Assembly: GCA_963750165.1 (NCBI GenBank) | Contig: CAVVPN010000011.1 | Coordinates: 1,088,001 to 1,152,000, forward strand | Direction of reading: 5' to 3' | Origin: an uncultured Gemmataceae bacterium | GTDB taxonomy: Bacteria > Planctomycetota > Planctomycetia > Gemmatales > Gemmataceae | DNA: 64,000 nucleotides | Notes under the pieces: model-generated | What the model was told of the DNA's origin: nothing | The model's database searches: none | Seen by the model: the letters and a program-made list of their open reading frames with translations, nothing else | Position numbers and translations under genes: made by a program | In this document: one piece after another, positions 53,173 to 63,957 of the stretch | Layout of the letters: each line of letters opens with the position of its first letter | Position numbering within the stretch: position 1 is the stretch's first letter

Positions 53173-53944
53173 ATGGCCACGCCGAAAGCCTTGATCCTGC
53201 GTGCCCCCGGTGCCAACTGCGACCAGGAGGCCCAGTTCGCCTGCGCAGGCCGGCGCCGTCGCTGAGCGCCTGCACGTCAACCGCCTTCGCGAAAACCCGG
53301 CCCTGCTGCGGAGCTATCAAATCCTGGTAATCCCAGGCGGCTTCACCTACGGCGATGACGTGGCCGCGGGTAAAATCCTGGCGAACCAGCTCCGCCATTT
53401 CCTTGGCGACGCCCTGCGCGAGTTCCGCGACCGCGAGAAGCTCATCCTCGGCATCTGCAACGGCTTTCAGGCGCTGCTCAAGGCGGGCCTGCTGATGCCA
53501 CCGGACGAGGACGGTCCCGTGGCGACGCTGGCGCACAACACCTGCGGCAAGTTCGAGGATCGCTGGATTTACCTGGAGGCGACTGCCGAGAATCGGTGTC
53601 CGTTTCTGAAGGGCGTCCACCGGCTGCATGTGCCGATTGCGCACGGCGAGGGCCGCTTCGTGGTCCGCGAGGCGTGGATGCTGCGTGGCCTGGAACAGAC
53701 CGGTCAGGTGGTGCTGCGCTATGTCGATGCGGACGGCAAGCCGGGGCCGTACCCGGTCAATCCGAACGGTTCGGAGGGCGACGTGGCCGGGCTGTGCGAC
53801 GTGACCGGCCGTGTGCTGGGGCTGATGCCGCACCCGGAGCGGCATGTGCTGCCGACGCACCATCCGCGCTGGACGCGGCTGGGGCTGGCGCAGGAGGGCG
53901 AGGGGTTACAGGTGTTTCGCAACGCAGTGGCGTTCTTTGGCTGA
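53173..53944 (+). CDS. purQ: FGAM synthase glutaminase subunit (frameshift near 53245, likely a sequencing error)
   Basis: APGANCDQE, then PGGFTYGD, GICNGFQ, AHGEG, NPNGS, MPHPER. Confidence 0.9.
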
Positions 53945-54011
53945 GGCAGCGGGAAAGCCGGACTTCGCTTCAAAACGGCGGTTCGGGGTGGTAGGCTGGT
54001 GAAAAAGGAGG

Positions 54012-54287
54012 ATGATCATGAACCTTGTTCTGCCCCCGGATCTGGCCGGCATGATTCAACGGAAAGTGGATAGCGGCTCGTACCCCAGTCCGACTGACGT
54101 GGTCCGCGCGGCACTGCGGTCGCTTCAGGAACTGGAAGAGCAGCAACAAAAACTGGAGGCGCTGCGCAAAGACGTCGCGATCGGCATTGAGCAGGCCGAC
54201 CGCGGGGAGTTGGCTCCTTTCGATGCCTGGGAGACACTCAAACGCGTTCGTGCCCGGCGGTCCCAGGCGGCCGAGGGAGGTGCTTAA
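54012..54287 (+). CDS. ParD-like antitoxin (RHH)
   Basis: VDSGSY.S..DVVRAALR.L...L..LR..V..GI.QAD.G. Confidence 0.85.
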   Translation: MIMNLVLPPDLAGMIQRKVDSGSYPSPTDVVRAALRSLQELEEQQQKLEALRKDVAIGIEQADRGELAPFDAWETLKRVRARRSQAAEGGA

Positions 54288-54596
54288 ATGCCTCCGGTTG
54301 TCCGAACCCCCCAGGCCGAGGACGACTTCGACGCCATCATTGCCTACCTGGATGAACACAGTCCGGCCGCGGCGGAGCGGTTGGCAACGGCCATCAATCA
54401 GCGGTGTTCCCTGCTTGGCCAGTTTCCAGAGATGGGGCGTGCCCGGGAGGAACTTGCGCCCGGCATTCGCAGCACCGTCGTTGAGGATTACGTCATTTTC
54501 TACCGCAACCGGCCGGATGCCGTGCAAATCCTGCGCATCCTTCACGGGAAACGTGACACCATCTCCATCATGAAGAGTTCCCTTCCGGAAGAATGA
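54288..54596 (+). CDS. ParE/RelE-family toxin
   Basis: TPQAEDD..I..Y, FPEMGRAR.EL..GIRS, YVIFY, ILRILHG.RD. Confidence 0.9.
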   Translation: MPPVVRTPQAEDDFDAIIAYLDEHSPAAAERLATAINQRCSLLGQFPEMGRAREELAPGIRSTVVEDYVIFYRNRPDAVQILRILHGKRDTISIMKSSLPEE

Positions 54597-54606
54597 AGGA
54601 AGGACC

Positions 54607-54894
54607 ATGAAACTTCGCAACCCGTGGATCGACCCCCGTATCCTGAATCTTCGACCGGATGCCGTGCGGGCTTATCTGCTTGCCAAGGGCTGGGAGGACC
54701 TCGGCCCCGCTGCCGTGCCTGATCTGGTGATGTTCGACACCCCGCAGCCGCGCGGCGACCGGCCGAATGTGTTGCTGCCGTTGCGACTGGATTCCGGCCC
54801 GCTGGCTCAGCGGTTGGTCGAATTGCTCACCGAAGTGGCTTTGTACGAGGATAGCTACGCAGGGGACGTGCTGAACGACATCCTTTATTCGTAA
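54607..54894 (+). CDS. Hypothetical protein
   Basis: AAGGA RBS; VRAYLLAKGW... Confidence 0.6.
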   Translation: MKLRNPWIDPRILNLRPDAVRAYLLAKGWEDLGPAAVPDLVMFDTPQPRGDRPNVLLPLRLDSGPLAQRLVELLTEVALYEDSYAGDVLNDILYS

Positions 54895-54913
54895 GAATGG
54901 AGGGCGAGGGCTG

Positions 54914-55279
54914 ATGTTCTCAATTGCGTGCTGCCTGTGGTTCCCGCAAGCTGGCGGTCAATTCGATAAAGTGTCAATTACCCCGATTGAATTCGCAGAG
55001 TGGCAAGAGTTGGCCGAGTGGGTGCAGCCAGGGGAGTATCCGATTCTGGCCAGTCTGTTGAGGGGTTCTTTACCGATCGGGGTTGATCGGTCGCAATTGC
55101 TGCAACTACATAAAGAAGCGAAAAGTGTAAATTGGGACACACTCGATGGCCAGGCCCTTGGTGGTTTTGCGTCTCTGTCCCTGTTCATAGACCAAGCCAC
55201 TTGGTGGTTTTGCGTCTCTGTCCCTGTTCATAGACCAAGCAGCGAAGCAAGAAGAGGCAGGAGCCTGGTTTGCTATTGA
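54914..55279 (+). CDS. Hypothetical protein, C-terminus frameshifted by a tandem duplication
   Basis: 41-bp direct repeat with 43-bp period at 55157-55240. Confidence 0.45.
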   Translation: MFSIACCLWFPQAGGQFDKVSITPIEFAEWQELAEWVQPGEYPILASLLRGSLPIGVDRSQLLQLHKEAKSVNWDTLDGQALGGFASLSLFIDQATWWFCVSVPVHRPSSEARRGRSLVCY

Positions 55280-55310
55280 GGAATAGCCCCCTCGCTTTGA
55301 GACCCCATTC

Positions 55311-56186
55311 ATGCACTTCTCCCCCACCGAAGCCGCCGCCTGCCACCAGCTACTCGCCCTGGCCCTGCGCGAGGATCTCGGCCCCGACCCGCGCACCGGC
55401 GACCTGACCAGCCGCGCCCTCATTCCCGCCGACGCCACCGGCCACGCCGCCCTCGTCGCCCGCGCCCCCGGCGTCCTCGCCGGCCTGCCGGCGGTGGCCC
55501 TGACGCTCGTCGCCGTCGATCCGAAGCTGACGCTCGAACCGCTCCTGCGCGACGGCGCCCCGCTGACACCTGGCGCCCGCATCGCCATCGTCCGCGGCCC
55601 GCTCGGCAGCCTGTTGACGGCCGAGCGCACCGCCCTGAACTTCCTGCAGCACCTCAGCGGCGTCGCCAGTTTGACGCGGCGTTACGTCGAGGCCGTCGCC
55701 GGCACGGAGGCCCGCATCCTCGACACGCGCAAGACGCTGCCGGGCTGGCGGCTGCTCGACAAGTACGCGGTGCGCTGCGGCGGCGGCTACAACCACCGTC
55801 TCGGCCTGTTCGACGGCGTGCTCATCAAGGACAACCATCTCGCCGCCGGCGCCGCGCCGCTGCCCATCGCCGAGGCGGTTCGCCGCGCCCGCGCTGCCAG
55901 CTCGCCGGGCGTGCCGGTCGAGCTGGAAGTCGATACGTTCGACCAACTCGACGAGGCGCTGGCGTGCCGGCCCGACATCGTCCTGCTCGACAACATGACC
56001 AACGAGCAGCTGCGCGAGGCGGTGCAGCGCCGCGATCACGCGGGGTGCGGCGCACTGCTGGAGGCGTCCGGCGGCGTCACACTGGCGACGGTGCGCGGCA
56101 TCGCCGAGACGGGGGTGGATCGCATCAGCGTCGGGGCGCTGACGCACTCGGCGCCGGCGCTCGACATCGGCCTGGACGCCGTTTGA
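55311..56186 (+). CDS. nadC: Quinolinate phosphoribosyltransferase
   Basis: ERTALNFLQ.LSG, DTRKTLPG, NHR.GL.D, LIKDNH, EASGG, ISVGALTHS. Confidence 0.96.
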   Translation: MHFSPTEAAACHQLLALALREDLGPDPRTGDLTSRALIPADATGHAALVARAPGVLAGLPAVALTLVAVDPKLTLEPLLRDGAPLTPGARIAIVRGPLGSLLTAERTALNFLQHLSGVASLTRRYVEAVAGTEARILDTRKTLPGWRLLDKYAVRCGGGYNHRLGLFDGVLIKDNHLAAGAAPLPIAEAVRRARAASSPGVPVELEVDTFDQLDEALACRPDIVLLDNMTNEQLREAVQRRDHAGCGALLEASGGVTLATVRGIAETGVDRISVGALTHSAPALDIGLDAV

Positions 56187-56448
56187 ATGCATGACATCCC
56201 CCTGGTGTGGAGAAGCCAGCGCCGGGAAACGCCCTTCCCGGGAAAGGTGCAGCGCGTCATTTCCGACGCAAATTCGTTTTTCTCCAGATTTTCCAGGTCG
56301 TATCGTGCGGGAATCGTGCGGACGCATGAAACACTAGAATCCGAGGGAAAGGGTGGCCTTGATGGTCACTGTCCTCTCGGCTTCCTGCACTTCTTTTGCG
56401 GTTAGCGCGGTGCGCAGTGGCGTGGCCCACAAACGGCAGGCCGGCGCT

Positions 56449-56676
56449 GCCAGGCGCCGCATCTCGACGTATGAAAAAGTTGGCGTTCTTGGCGTTCTTG
56501 GCGTCCTTGCTGTGGCAACCGCCGCCGGTGGTGGTCGCGCCGTGCCAGCCGCACGGGGCCAGGGCGCCGCATCTCGACGTATGAAAAAGTTGGCCCCCTT
56601 GGCCTCCTTGGCCCCCTTGCTGTGGCGATGCAGGCCGCTGGTGGTCAAGCTGTGCCTGCCGTCCCACCGCGTGCGA
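56449..56676. repeat. Two tandem copies of a dispersed repeat (ATCTCGACGTATGAAAAAGTTGGC + 9-nt CTTGGCnnn units)
   Basis: Copies at ~56449-56518 and ~56558-56676. Confidence 0.8.
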
Positions 56677-56895
56677 ACCGCTCCAGGGGCCGTCCAACTT
56701 CTCCGTGAAGGACTGGTCCTTCTTCGGTCGCTCCCTCCGCGATCTTCTCCCGGGCGGCACCGGCCTGGTAGCTGGTTAAGTCGCAATCATTTTGGCAAGA
56801 ATCTGTTACGCTTAATCGAATGACATTGGCAATTCAAGACAGTCGCTTTACCCCGCACAAGGGCCAGGGAGTGCAAGAAGTGAGAGCGAGGGAAG

Positions 56896-56969
56896 TGGGC
56901 GCTAAGGGACTCGAACCCCTAACCCCCTGCGTGTAAAGCAGGTGCTCTGACCAATTGAGCTAAGCGCCC
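56896..56969 (-). tRNA. tRNA-Val(TAC)
   Basis: GGGCGCT acceptor, CCTGC-TTTACAC-GCAGG anticodon arm, GGTTCGAGT T-loop. Confidence 0.96.
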
Positions 56970-57034
56970 GACGTGGTGGATTATGGCGGCCCGGTAGCGG
57001 CGGCGTCAAGGCGGAACGCTCGCCCGACCCGAAC

Positions 57035-58402
57035 TCAGCCCCCCGCGGTCGGCGGGGGTGGTTTCTTACTGTTGGCGGGCTTCGGCTTCGCCGGCCGATG
57101 GTTCTGGTGCTGCTGCTTCGGCGCCGCCTCGGTGCGCGGCTTGCCCGCCCCCTCGCCCGAACTGCCGCCCTGGCCGGGACCGCGCCGGCGCCGCCGGCGC
57201 CCGCCCCCACCCCCGCGTTCGCCCTCCGGCCTGCCGCGTTCGCCGCCCGGCCGCGCCGCCGGCACCCCGGCCGCGCCGTAGTCAAAGTCGGGCAGCGTCA
57301 CGCGCGGCAGCCGCTGGCCGATCTGCCGCTCGATCCGCGCCAGCAGCCGCTCCTCCGGCGGCGCTACCAGCACGAAGGCGTCGCCCTCGTTCTGCCGCCG
57401 GGCTGTGCGGCCGATGCGGTGGATGTAGTCATCCGGCACGTTCGGCACGTCGAAACTGATGACGTGCGTGATGTGGTCCACGTCCAGGCCGCGCACCGCC
57501 AGGTTGGTCGCCACCAGCACCTGGAATTCGCCGCGGCGAAAGCCGTCCATCGCCCGGTTGCGCTGCGGTTGCGTCAGGTTGGCGTGCAACTCCGTCACCC
57601 GAAAGCCGTCGCCCGCGATCGTTCGCGCCAGCTTCCGCGCCATCACCTTGGTGCGCGTGAACACCAGCACTGACGGCATCTCCGTGTGCCGCAGCAGATG
57701 CCGCAGCAGCATCCCCTTCAGGTGCTCCGGCACCGGATAGGCCGCCTGCGTGATGCCCACCGCCGGGGCGCTGCGCTTGCCGATCGACACCGTCACCGGC
57801 GAGTGCATGAACTCCTCCGCCAGCCGGGCGATTACCGGCGGCATCGTCGCCGAGAATAGCAGCGTCTGCTGTCGCGCCGGCAGCCGCTGGAAGATGCGCT
57901 TCAAGTCCGGTAAAAAGCCCATATCGAGCATGCGGTCGGCCTCGTCGAGCACCACGTACTTGATGTGGTCGAAGCGCGCCTGGTTCTGGCGCATGTGGTC
58001 GAGCAGACGGCCGGGCGTGGCCACGAGGACTTCGACGCCAGCGCGGACGGCCTTCTCCTGCGGCCCCATCGGGGCGCCGCCGACCAGCAGGCCGACGCGC
58101 AGCGGCGTGTGGTACGCCAGCGCCAGGAAGACTTCCTCGATCTGCGAGGCCAGCTCGCGCGTCGGCGTGATGACGATGGCCTGGATGGTGCCGGTTTGCG
58201 GCTCCGGATCGAGCAGGCGGTGCAGGATCGGCAGCAGGAACGCCGCGGTTTTACCGGTGCCGGTCTGGGCTGTGGCGATCAGATCGCGGCCGGTCAGCAC
58301 GACGGGAATGGCCTCCTGCTGCACCGGCGTCGGCGTTTCGTAGCGCATCTCGCGCGTCGCCTGCACCAGCAAGGGGTGCAGGCCCAGACCTTTGAACGGC
58401 AT
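57035..58402 (-). CDS. DEAD-box RNA helicase (RhlE-like)
   Basis: Q motif, AQTGTGKT, PTRELA, DEAD, SAT, HRIGRTAR; true start ATG 58402. Confidence 0.95.
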   Translation of the reverse strand: MPFKGLGLHPLLVQATREMRYETPTPVQQEAIPVVLTGRDLIATAQTGTGKTAAFLLPILHRLLDPEPQTGTIQAIVITPTRELASQIEEVFLALAYHTPLRVGLLVGGAPMGPQEKAVRAGVEVLVATPGRLLDHMRQNQARFDHIKYVVLDEADRMLDMGFLPDLKRIFQRLPARQQTLLFSATMPPVIARLAEEFMHSPVTVSIGKRSAPAVGITQAAYPVPEHLKGMLLRHLLRHTEMPSVLVFTRTKVMARKLARTIAGDGFRVTELHANLTQPQRNRAMDGFRRGEFQVLVATNLAVRGLDVDHITHVISFDVPNVPDDYIHRIGRTARRQNEGDAFVLVAPPEERLLARIERQIGQRLPRVTLPDFDYGAAGVPAARPGGERGRPEGERGGGGGRRRRRRGPGQGGSSGEGAGKPRTEAAPKQQHQNHRPAKPKPANSKKPPPPTAGG

Positions 58403-58558
58403 AACGTACTCTCTCTTGCGAGCGGTTGGTTTGTGCGAGTCTTTCCCATATGATATGGCGTTCGCCAGGAGAGGGGAACGTCGTTTGCATAACCGCTGAG
58501 GAATCCTCGCCCCACCCCGGTACGATTTACAGACCATGTTGAGGGAGCACGACCCCTG

Positions 58559-60460
58559 ATGGAGCAACCCGCGTCTCCGAATCTCCTCCACCCGTTCCGC
58601 TGGCTGCCGGAGTTCTTCCAACTGAGCCGGCAGCGCCTGCGCTCGCAGGGCCGCGTCCTGGGCGGCGCCATTGTGGTCGGCCTGGTCGCCGGCCTGGGGG
58701 CGGTGCTGTTCGCGGTGGCCGTCCACGTGGTGACGCACTACTGCCTGGGCGAACTGGCGGGCTACCAGCCGGTGCCGCCCGCCGGTGAGGCCAGGCTGCC
58801 GGGGCTGCAAGCAACCGCGACGCCGCTGCAGCCGTGGCTGCTGGTGCTGATCCCGATGGTGGGCGGCCTGGTCAGCGGTTGGATCGTCTTCAAGTTCGCA
58901 CCGGAGGCGGAGGGCCACGGCACCGACGCGGCCATCGCGGCCTACCACTTCCATGACGGCCTGATCCGGCCGCGTGTGCCGCTCATCAAACTGGTGGCCA
59001 GCGCCATCACGCTCGGCACCGGCGGCTCCGGCGGCCGCGAAGGGCCGATCGCTCTGATCGGTGCCGGCTTCGGCTCGCTGCTGAGCCGGCTGATACACCT
59101 GCGGCCCGCCGAGCGGCGCATCCTCGTGGCTGCCGGCATGGGCGCCGGCGTCGCCGCCATCTTCCGCGCTCCGCTCGCGGGCGCCCTGTTCGCCGCCGAG
59201 GTGCTGTACTCCTCGCCGGAGTTCGAGTCCGACGTCATCCTGCCGGCGGCGCTGGCGAGCGTGGTGTCGTACTGCACCTTCGGCGTCTTCTTCGACAACT
59301 GGGAGCCGCTGTTCAAGACGCCGGAACTGAGCCTGGACACGCCCTGGCAGCTGATCCCGTACCTGGGCCTGGCGCTGTTCGTCGCCCTGCTGGCGATGCT
59401 CTACACGCGCACCTTCTATGGCATGACGCACCTCTTCCGCCGCTGGCGCATCCCCGCCATGTACAAGCCGGCGGTCGGCGCCCTGGCGACGGGGCTGGTC
59501 GGCGTCGGCCTGTACTACACGCTGCGGAACGAGACGGCGCTGGCGGTGATGTCGGCGGGCTACGGCGTCCTGCAGGAGGGCATGACGAAGACGGCGACCG
59601 GCCTGACGCTGGCGCTGGTGCTGCTGGTGGTGGCGCTGGGCAAGATCGTGACGACCAGCCTGACCATCGGCAGCGGCGGCTCGGGGGGCGTGTTTGGGCC
59701 GTCGATGGTGATCGGTGGCTGCGCCGGCGGCGCCTTCGGGCTGGTGCTGCAACACTACTTCCCCTTGCTGGTGCCGCACCCGCAGAGTTTTATTTTGCTG
59801 GGGATGGCTGGCTTCTTCGCCGCCGCGGCCAAGACGCCGTTCTCGACGCTGATTATCGTCAGTGAGATGACTGGCGACTACAAGTTGCTGCTGCCGGCGC
59901 TGTGGGTGTGCGCGACGGCGTTCCTGCTGTCGGACGAGCAATCGCTGTACAGCCAGCAGGTGAGCGGCCGGGCGCGGTCGCCGGCACACCAGGGCAGTTA
60001 CATCCGCGAGGTGCTGGCCGGGTTGCTGGTGCAGCAGTTCCTGGGCGCGGCCGAAAAGGTGCCATCCGTGCGGCCGGACGACACGCTGAGCACGGTGCTC
60101 GACCGCCTGGACGACATTCACGCGCCAGTGCTGCCAGTGACGGACGCGACCGGCAAGTTGCTGGGCGTGGTCAACCTGGAGGAGGTGCATGTGGCGGCGC
60201 AGTCGCCGCACCTGCGGCCGTGGCTGGTGGCGGCGGACCTGATGCGCGCCAATGTGGAACCGCTGACGCCGGATGATCGGCTCGACCGGGCGCTGGAGCT
60301 GTTCGCGGAAAATGACCTGCCGGCGCTGCCGGTGGTGGTGGGCGACGGCACGCGCAAGCTGGTGGGGTTGGTGCGGCGCTCGGAGGTGGCGCGGGCGTAC
60401 CTGCAGCGCGTCCACGGCCGGGCGGAGGCGGATGGGGTTGCGGCCGAAGTGAAGGAGTAG
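58559..60460 (+). CDS. ClC chloride channel/antiporter with CBS domains
   Basis: GHGTD, GREGP, FRAPLAG, GGVFGPS, two CBS domains. Confidence 0.95.
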   Translation: MEQPASPNLLHPFRWLPEFFQLSRQRLRSQGRVLGGAIVVGLVAGLGAVLFAVAVHVVTHYCLGELAGYQPVPPAGEARLPGLQATATPLQPWLLVLIPMVGGLVSGWIVFKFAPEAEGHGTDAAIAAYHFHDGLIRPRVPLIKLVASAITLGTGGSGGREGPIALIGAGFGSLLSRLIHLRPAERRILVAAGMGAGVAAIFRAPLAGALFAAEVLYSSPEFESDVILPAALASVVSYCTFGVFFDNWEPLFKTPELSLDTPWQLIPYLGLALFVALLAMLYTRTFYGMTHLFRRWRIPAMYKPAVGALATGLVGVGLYYTLRNETALAVMSAGYGVLQEGMTKTATGLTLALVLLVVALGKIVTTSLTIGSGGSGGVFGPSMVIGGCAGGAFGLVLQHYFPLLVPHPQSFILLGMAGFFAAAAKTPFSTLIIVSEMTGDYKLLLPALWVCATAFLLSDEQSLYSQQVSGRARSPAHQGSYIREVLAGLLVQQFLGAAEKVPSVRPDDTLSTVLDRLDDIHAPVLPVTDATGKLLGVVNLEEVHVAAQSPHLRPWLVAADLMRANVEPLTPDDRLDRALELFAENDLPALPVVVGDGTRKLVGLVRRSEVARAYLQRVHGRAEADGVAAEVKE

Positions 60461-60580
60461 GATCGGCTCAGGATTTTCTCAGTCGTTCGGCTCACGACCG
60501 GCCCGGTAATTGGGTTGGCGTTTTTGATGAGCCACCGCCGCCACCCAGATGCTTTCCTCTAGCGCGGTTCGCAGGTGGAG

Positions 60581-60699
60581 CGCGCACGGGTGGGACGGCG
60601 GGCACAGCTTGACCAGCAGGGGCCTGTACTGCCACAGCAAGGGGGCCAAGGAGGCCAAGGGGGCCAACTTTTTCACACGTCGAGATTTGGCGCCCTGGC
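60581..60699. repeat. Third, inverted copy of the 56558-56676 repeat
   Basis: Reverse complement matches ~118 bp with few mismatches. Confidence 0.8.
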
Positions 60700-60914
60700 A
60701 GGGTGCGGCTGGTGAGTCCGCCCGGCCAGGGATAGAGTTCCTCATCCCTGGACAGCTCCAACTTGCGGAAGGCTTCGAGGACAAGTTTCCAGGGTTTTTC
60801 CGCCCCGGCCCTGTCCGTCTTCTCCTGGATCATGGCCACCGACGCGATCATCTCCGCTTGCCGCACACTGTTGAGCGGGGCCAACGTGAGCAGGGCCCCC
60901 TTGAAATCCTTGCG

Positions 60915-61037
60915 GGCTCTTCCGTTTTTAGGTGCGGGTTATCGGCCCGATTCTCAATTTTCCCTGGAAAAATCGTGGGGCACGTGATCGTCCGTTCACA
61001 GAAAATCCAGTGTTTCGCACCTAAAAACGGAAGAGCC
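60915..61037. mobile_element. 123-bp MITE, ISL3-like ends
   Basis: 22-bp IR GGCTCTTCCGTTTTTAGGTGCG; 8-bp duplication TCCTTGCG at 60907-14 and 61038-45. Confidence 0.9.
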
Positions 61038-63449
61038 TCCTTGCGTTTGGCCTGCTCCACGGCAATCACCCCGATGACGTGCGTCCGCACCATGAGGTTG
61101 TCAATGGCTTCCGCGGTTTTGAGAGCTTCCCTGGTGTCTCCCGAGCGCGCCTGGAGCCGCGCGAATTCGAAGTGGCTGGCGTTGATTATCCCGTTGCCGT
61201 TCAGCTTGACGGCTTCGTCCGTGGTGTTGTCCATGAGGTCTTGAACGATCTCCTGCGTCTTTCGGGCTGCTTTCAGGTCGCCAGCCAGGATTTGATGTCG
61301 AAAGATCCTACCGAGCGTCCCGATCTTGTACACCGCGTTCTTTTTCCCCACGTCCTTGACCAGGTCGAGTGTCAGCTGGATCGTCTTTCGCGCCGCCTCC
61401 TTGTCGCCGGCGCGGACCTGGGCGTTGGCGATCTCCGCCAGATAGTTAAGGATGTGGTCAGGAATAGCTTCCCGATTTCAGGCACCCCAGTGCTGCTCAA
61501 ATCGGGAAGTAATTGTTGACCATATCCTAACCTTGTCGCCCCGGTCGTTCATGCGCATGTCCCTGGCAACCTGCAACGCCTTTTCTAACGTGGGGTTCTT
61601 CCGAGCTACTTTCGACTTGTCCTGAGCAGCAGTCTCGTTGTCGGTCTGCTGCTTCTGATCTTTCTCCTGTTTCTGGCGCTTCAGCACGGCGACGGTATGT
61701 TTGCTGCCTTTCTTACAGGAGAAATCGGTTGGCCGTTCCTCGTCCGGTGGAGCGGAGCAGAGACGGTAGGTGTCCTCGTCCACAAACTCGTAAATCGCAC
61801 GGATGGTCTTGCCGGCGGTTTTCCCGCCCTTGAGTACCCGGTAGTCGATGGCCTTGTATTTTGTCGCTGTCGTCTCGACGGCCAGGATCACCCCGGAGTG
61901 CGGGTTGCGCATGGCGCCGCGCTGTTGCCAGCCCCCTTGACCATCGTAAACGTACTCTGCATTTCCCATCTCTTTTTTGGGCACCTCCCGCCCATCCACC
62001 TTCAAGGACTGGACCTTCCAGGTGCCGGCGAACCGCCGCAACTCTTTGTCGAGGTCGTTGACTCGTTGCAAGACACGGAGGGTACGCCCACTACCGGGCT
62101 TGGAGGAGAAATCGACAGGCCATTCTTTTTCGGAGGTGTAGGAACAGAGCCGGCAAGAGTCCTGGTCGATGAACTCATAAATGTTCCTGCGCGTTTTCCC
62201 CTTGTCCGCACCGCTGGTGACCTGGAAATGGATCGTTCGGGGTTTGATGGCGAGGTTGATCGCACTGATACCTTCTGCCAGCGTCTTGCCGTTAACCGTT
62301 TGCTGTTTCCACTTACCCTCGGCATCGCAAACGACGATACCCTCAAAGTCTACCCTGGGCAGTTCCTTGCCGTCCACCACACACGAAACGACCCGCCAGG
62401 TTCCTGCAAACTTCTTTTGCTCCTGCTTCAAGGCATCCAGCTTGCCGCCATCCTTCTGGATAGCCTTTGGATCATCCCGTTTTTTCTGGGCCAGCACCTT
62501 TTCGGTTTGACCCGGTTGGGCGGTCGCTGTGTGACGCAGGAACAGTCCGCCCCCAAAAACCGTCAGGCCCAGCACCAGCAGCAGCACGATCGATTTGAGT
62601 TGGTTGAGCAACATGGTTTTTAGCACTCCTTCCGTAAGAGCGACCACCTTGGCCGCGATCATGCCCGCAGCCGCCCCGCCCGCAGCACAGAGACCGGCGA
62701 CCCGGATGGTGCTCGACACCACAGCGTTTGGCACACCCGCGGACACCGCCTGGTGCGACAGCACCGCTCCCAGGGCTCCGCCCGACACCACCAGTCCCCG
62801 GCGCCTCAGCAACTTCGCCAGTAACGTCCTGCCCCGCGCCAGCCGGCTGGCCACGGTTCCTTCGGCGAGCCCGAGTTGCCGGGCCGCCTCCTTGCGGGTC
62901 TTGCCCTCCAGATCACAGAGGAGAATGACCACCCGATACTTGTCGGGCAGCCGCTGCAACTCAGCGTCCAGGAGCGGTTGCAGGTCGTTCCAAAGGTCTT
63001 GCTGGACTGTTTCGGGTTCAGGCATTTCCGCCACTTGCCTCTCCCTCGCTCGCCGTTTGGCGGTCGTCGCCCGCGCCTTCAACGCCGTCTGATGGGCCAC
63101 GCCATGAAGCCAGTTGGCGACCATCTCGCGCGGCACGACCGTATGAGCTTTGCGCACAAGGACGAGAAAGGTGGCCTGAAAGGCATCCTCGGCGGCGTGA
63201 TAATTCTGGAGGAACCGGCTACAGACGCCCCACACCATCGGGCCGTGTCGTCGCACCAGGGCCGCGATGGCCGCTTCCGTACGCTGGGTGACAAAACACT
63301 CCAGCAGTTCGCCGTCGGTCGGTTCCGTTCCCTCCGACAACCGCACGACTCTGCGAAAGTGCCGGATGACTTCGTTCAAATGATTGGTCGTCATTTGCCG
63401 CTCGGTATGGCTCGCATGTCTCGTCCGCAAGAGCGGTTCACAGCAGAGT

Positions 63450-63509
63450 GTAGCGGAAGTCGCCAGACTTCCGTACAGCGCCGGACGGAAGTCTGGTGAC
63501 TTCCGCTAC
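63450..63509. repeat. GTAG-type REP doublet
   Basis: GTAGCGGAAGTCGCCAGACTTCCG...CGGAAGTCTGGTGACTTCCGCTAC. Confidence 0.8.
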
Positions 63510-63645
63510 GAAGCCCGCAACATCTGCTTGTGAGCCGCTCTAATCTTTTATTACCTTGAGATGCCGTTTTGTTCCGCTTTTTTCTGATCGTTGCGTCCCA
63601 CTCCGTAGAAAATTAGCGGTGCTATCGTAGTGCGGGTCGCCCGCA

Positions 63646-63957
63646 CTACGATAGCACCGTCGGGGATCCCGCTTGCCAGCGCACAATCGAGGCATACACT
63701 TGCACTCCGACGACTCTGAGGTGCCCCAACTCCTCCGGCACCCAGTCCGGTCGCTCGCGGAAGATTCCGTCCCGGTACGCGACCCAAAGCCAGATGCTCT
63801 CCCCATCCGAACGAGAACCAATCACGCCTCGCGTCAGCATCGGCGGTTCATCGAACACAGTACAACGGATGAGGTCGATGCCGAGCCACGGGTCGCTTCC
63901 CTGATCTCCAAACCGATAAGTAATTTGAGCAAGCCCGTTAACCGTGTTGCCCGTCAT
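63646..63957 (-). CDS. Hypothetical protein
   Basis: 103-aa ORF, no recognisable motif. Confidence 0.35.
   Translation of the reverse strand: MTGNTVNGLAQITYRFGDQGSDPWLGIDLIRCTVFDEPPMLTRGVIGSRSDGESIWLWVAYRDGIFRERPDWVPEELGHLRVVGVQVYASIVRWQAGSPTVLS

Larger units (their letters stand above)
60492..63394 (-). pseudogene. ECF sigma factor with TM, two TIGR03067 domains and a TPR-like tail; tail disrupted by a frameshift (~61480) and a MITE
   Basis: RHGPMVWGVC, AEDAFQATFLVL, GTVASRLARGR; two FAGTW.V.S..VDG repeats; downstream frames IANAQVRAGD..AA. Confidence 0.8.

Noticed and set aside
53230..53260. purQ pseudogene
   Set aside because: Single indel in an otherwise intact housekeeping gene.
56449..56676. 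CRISPR array
   Set aside because: Only two tandem long units, no regular spacers, no cas genes.
57035..60415. 1126-aa giant DEAD-box helicase
   Set aside because: The N-terminal part is antisense to ClC; the real start is 58402.
56558..60699. Composite transposon
   Set aside because: No transposase or target duplication; contents are core genes.
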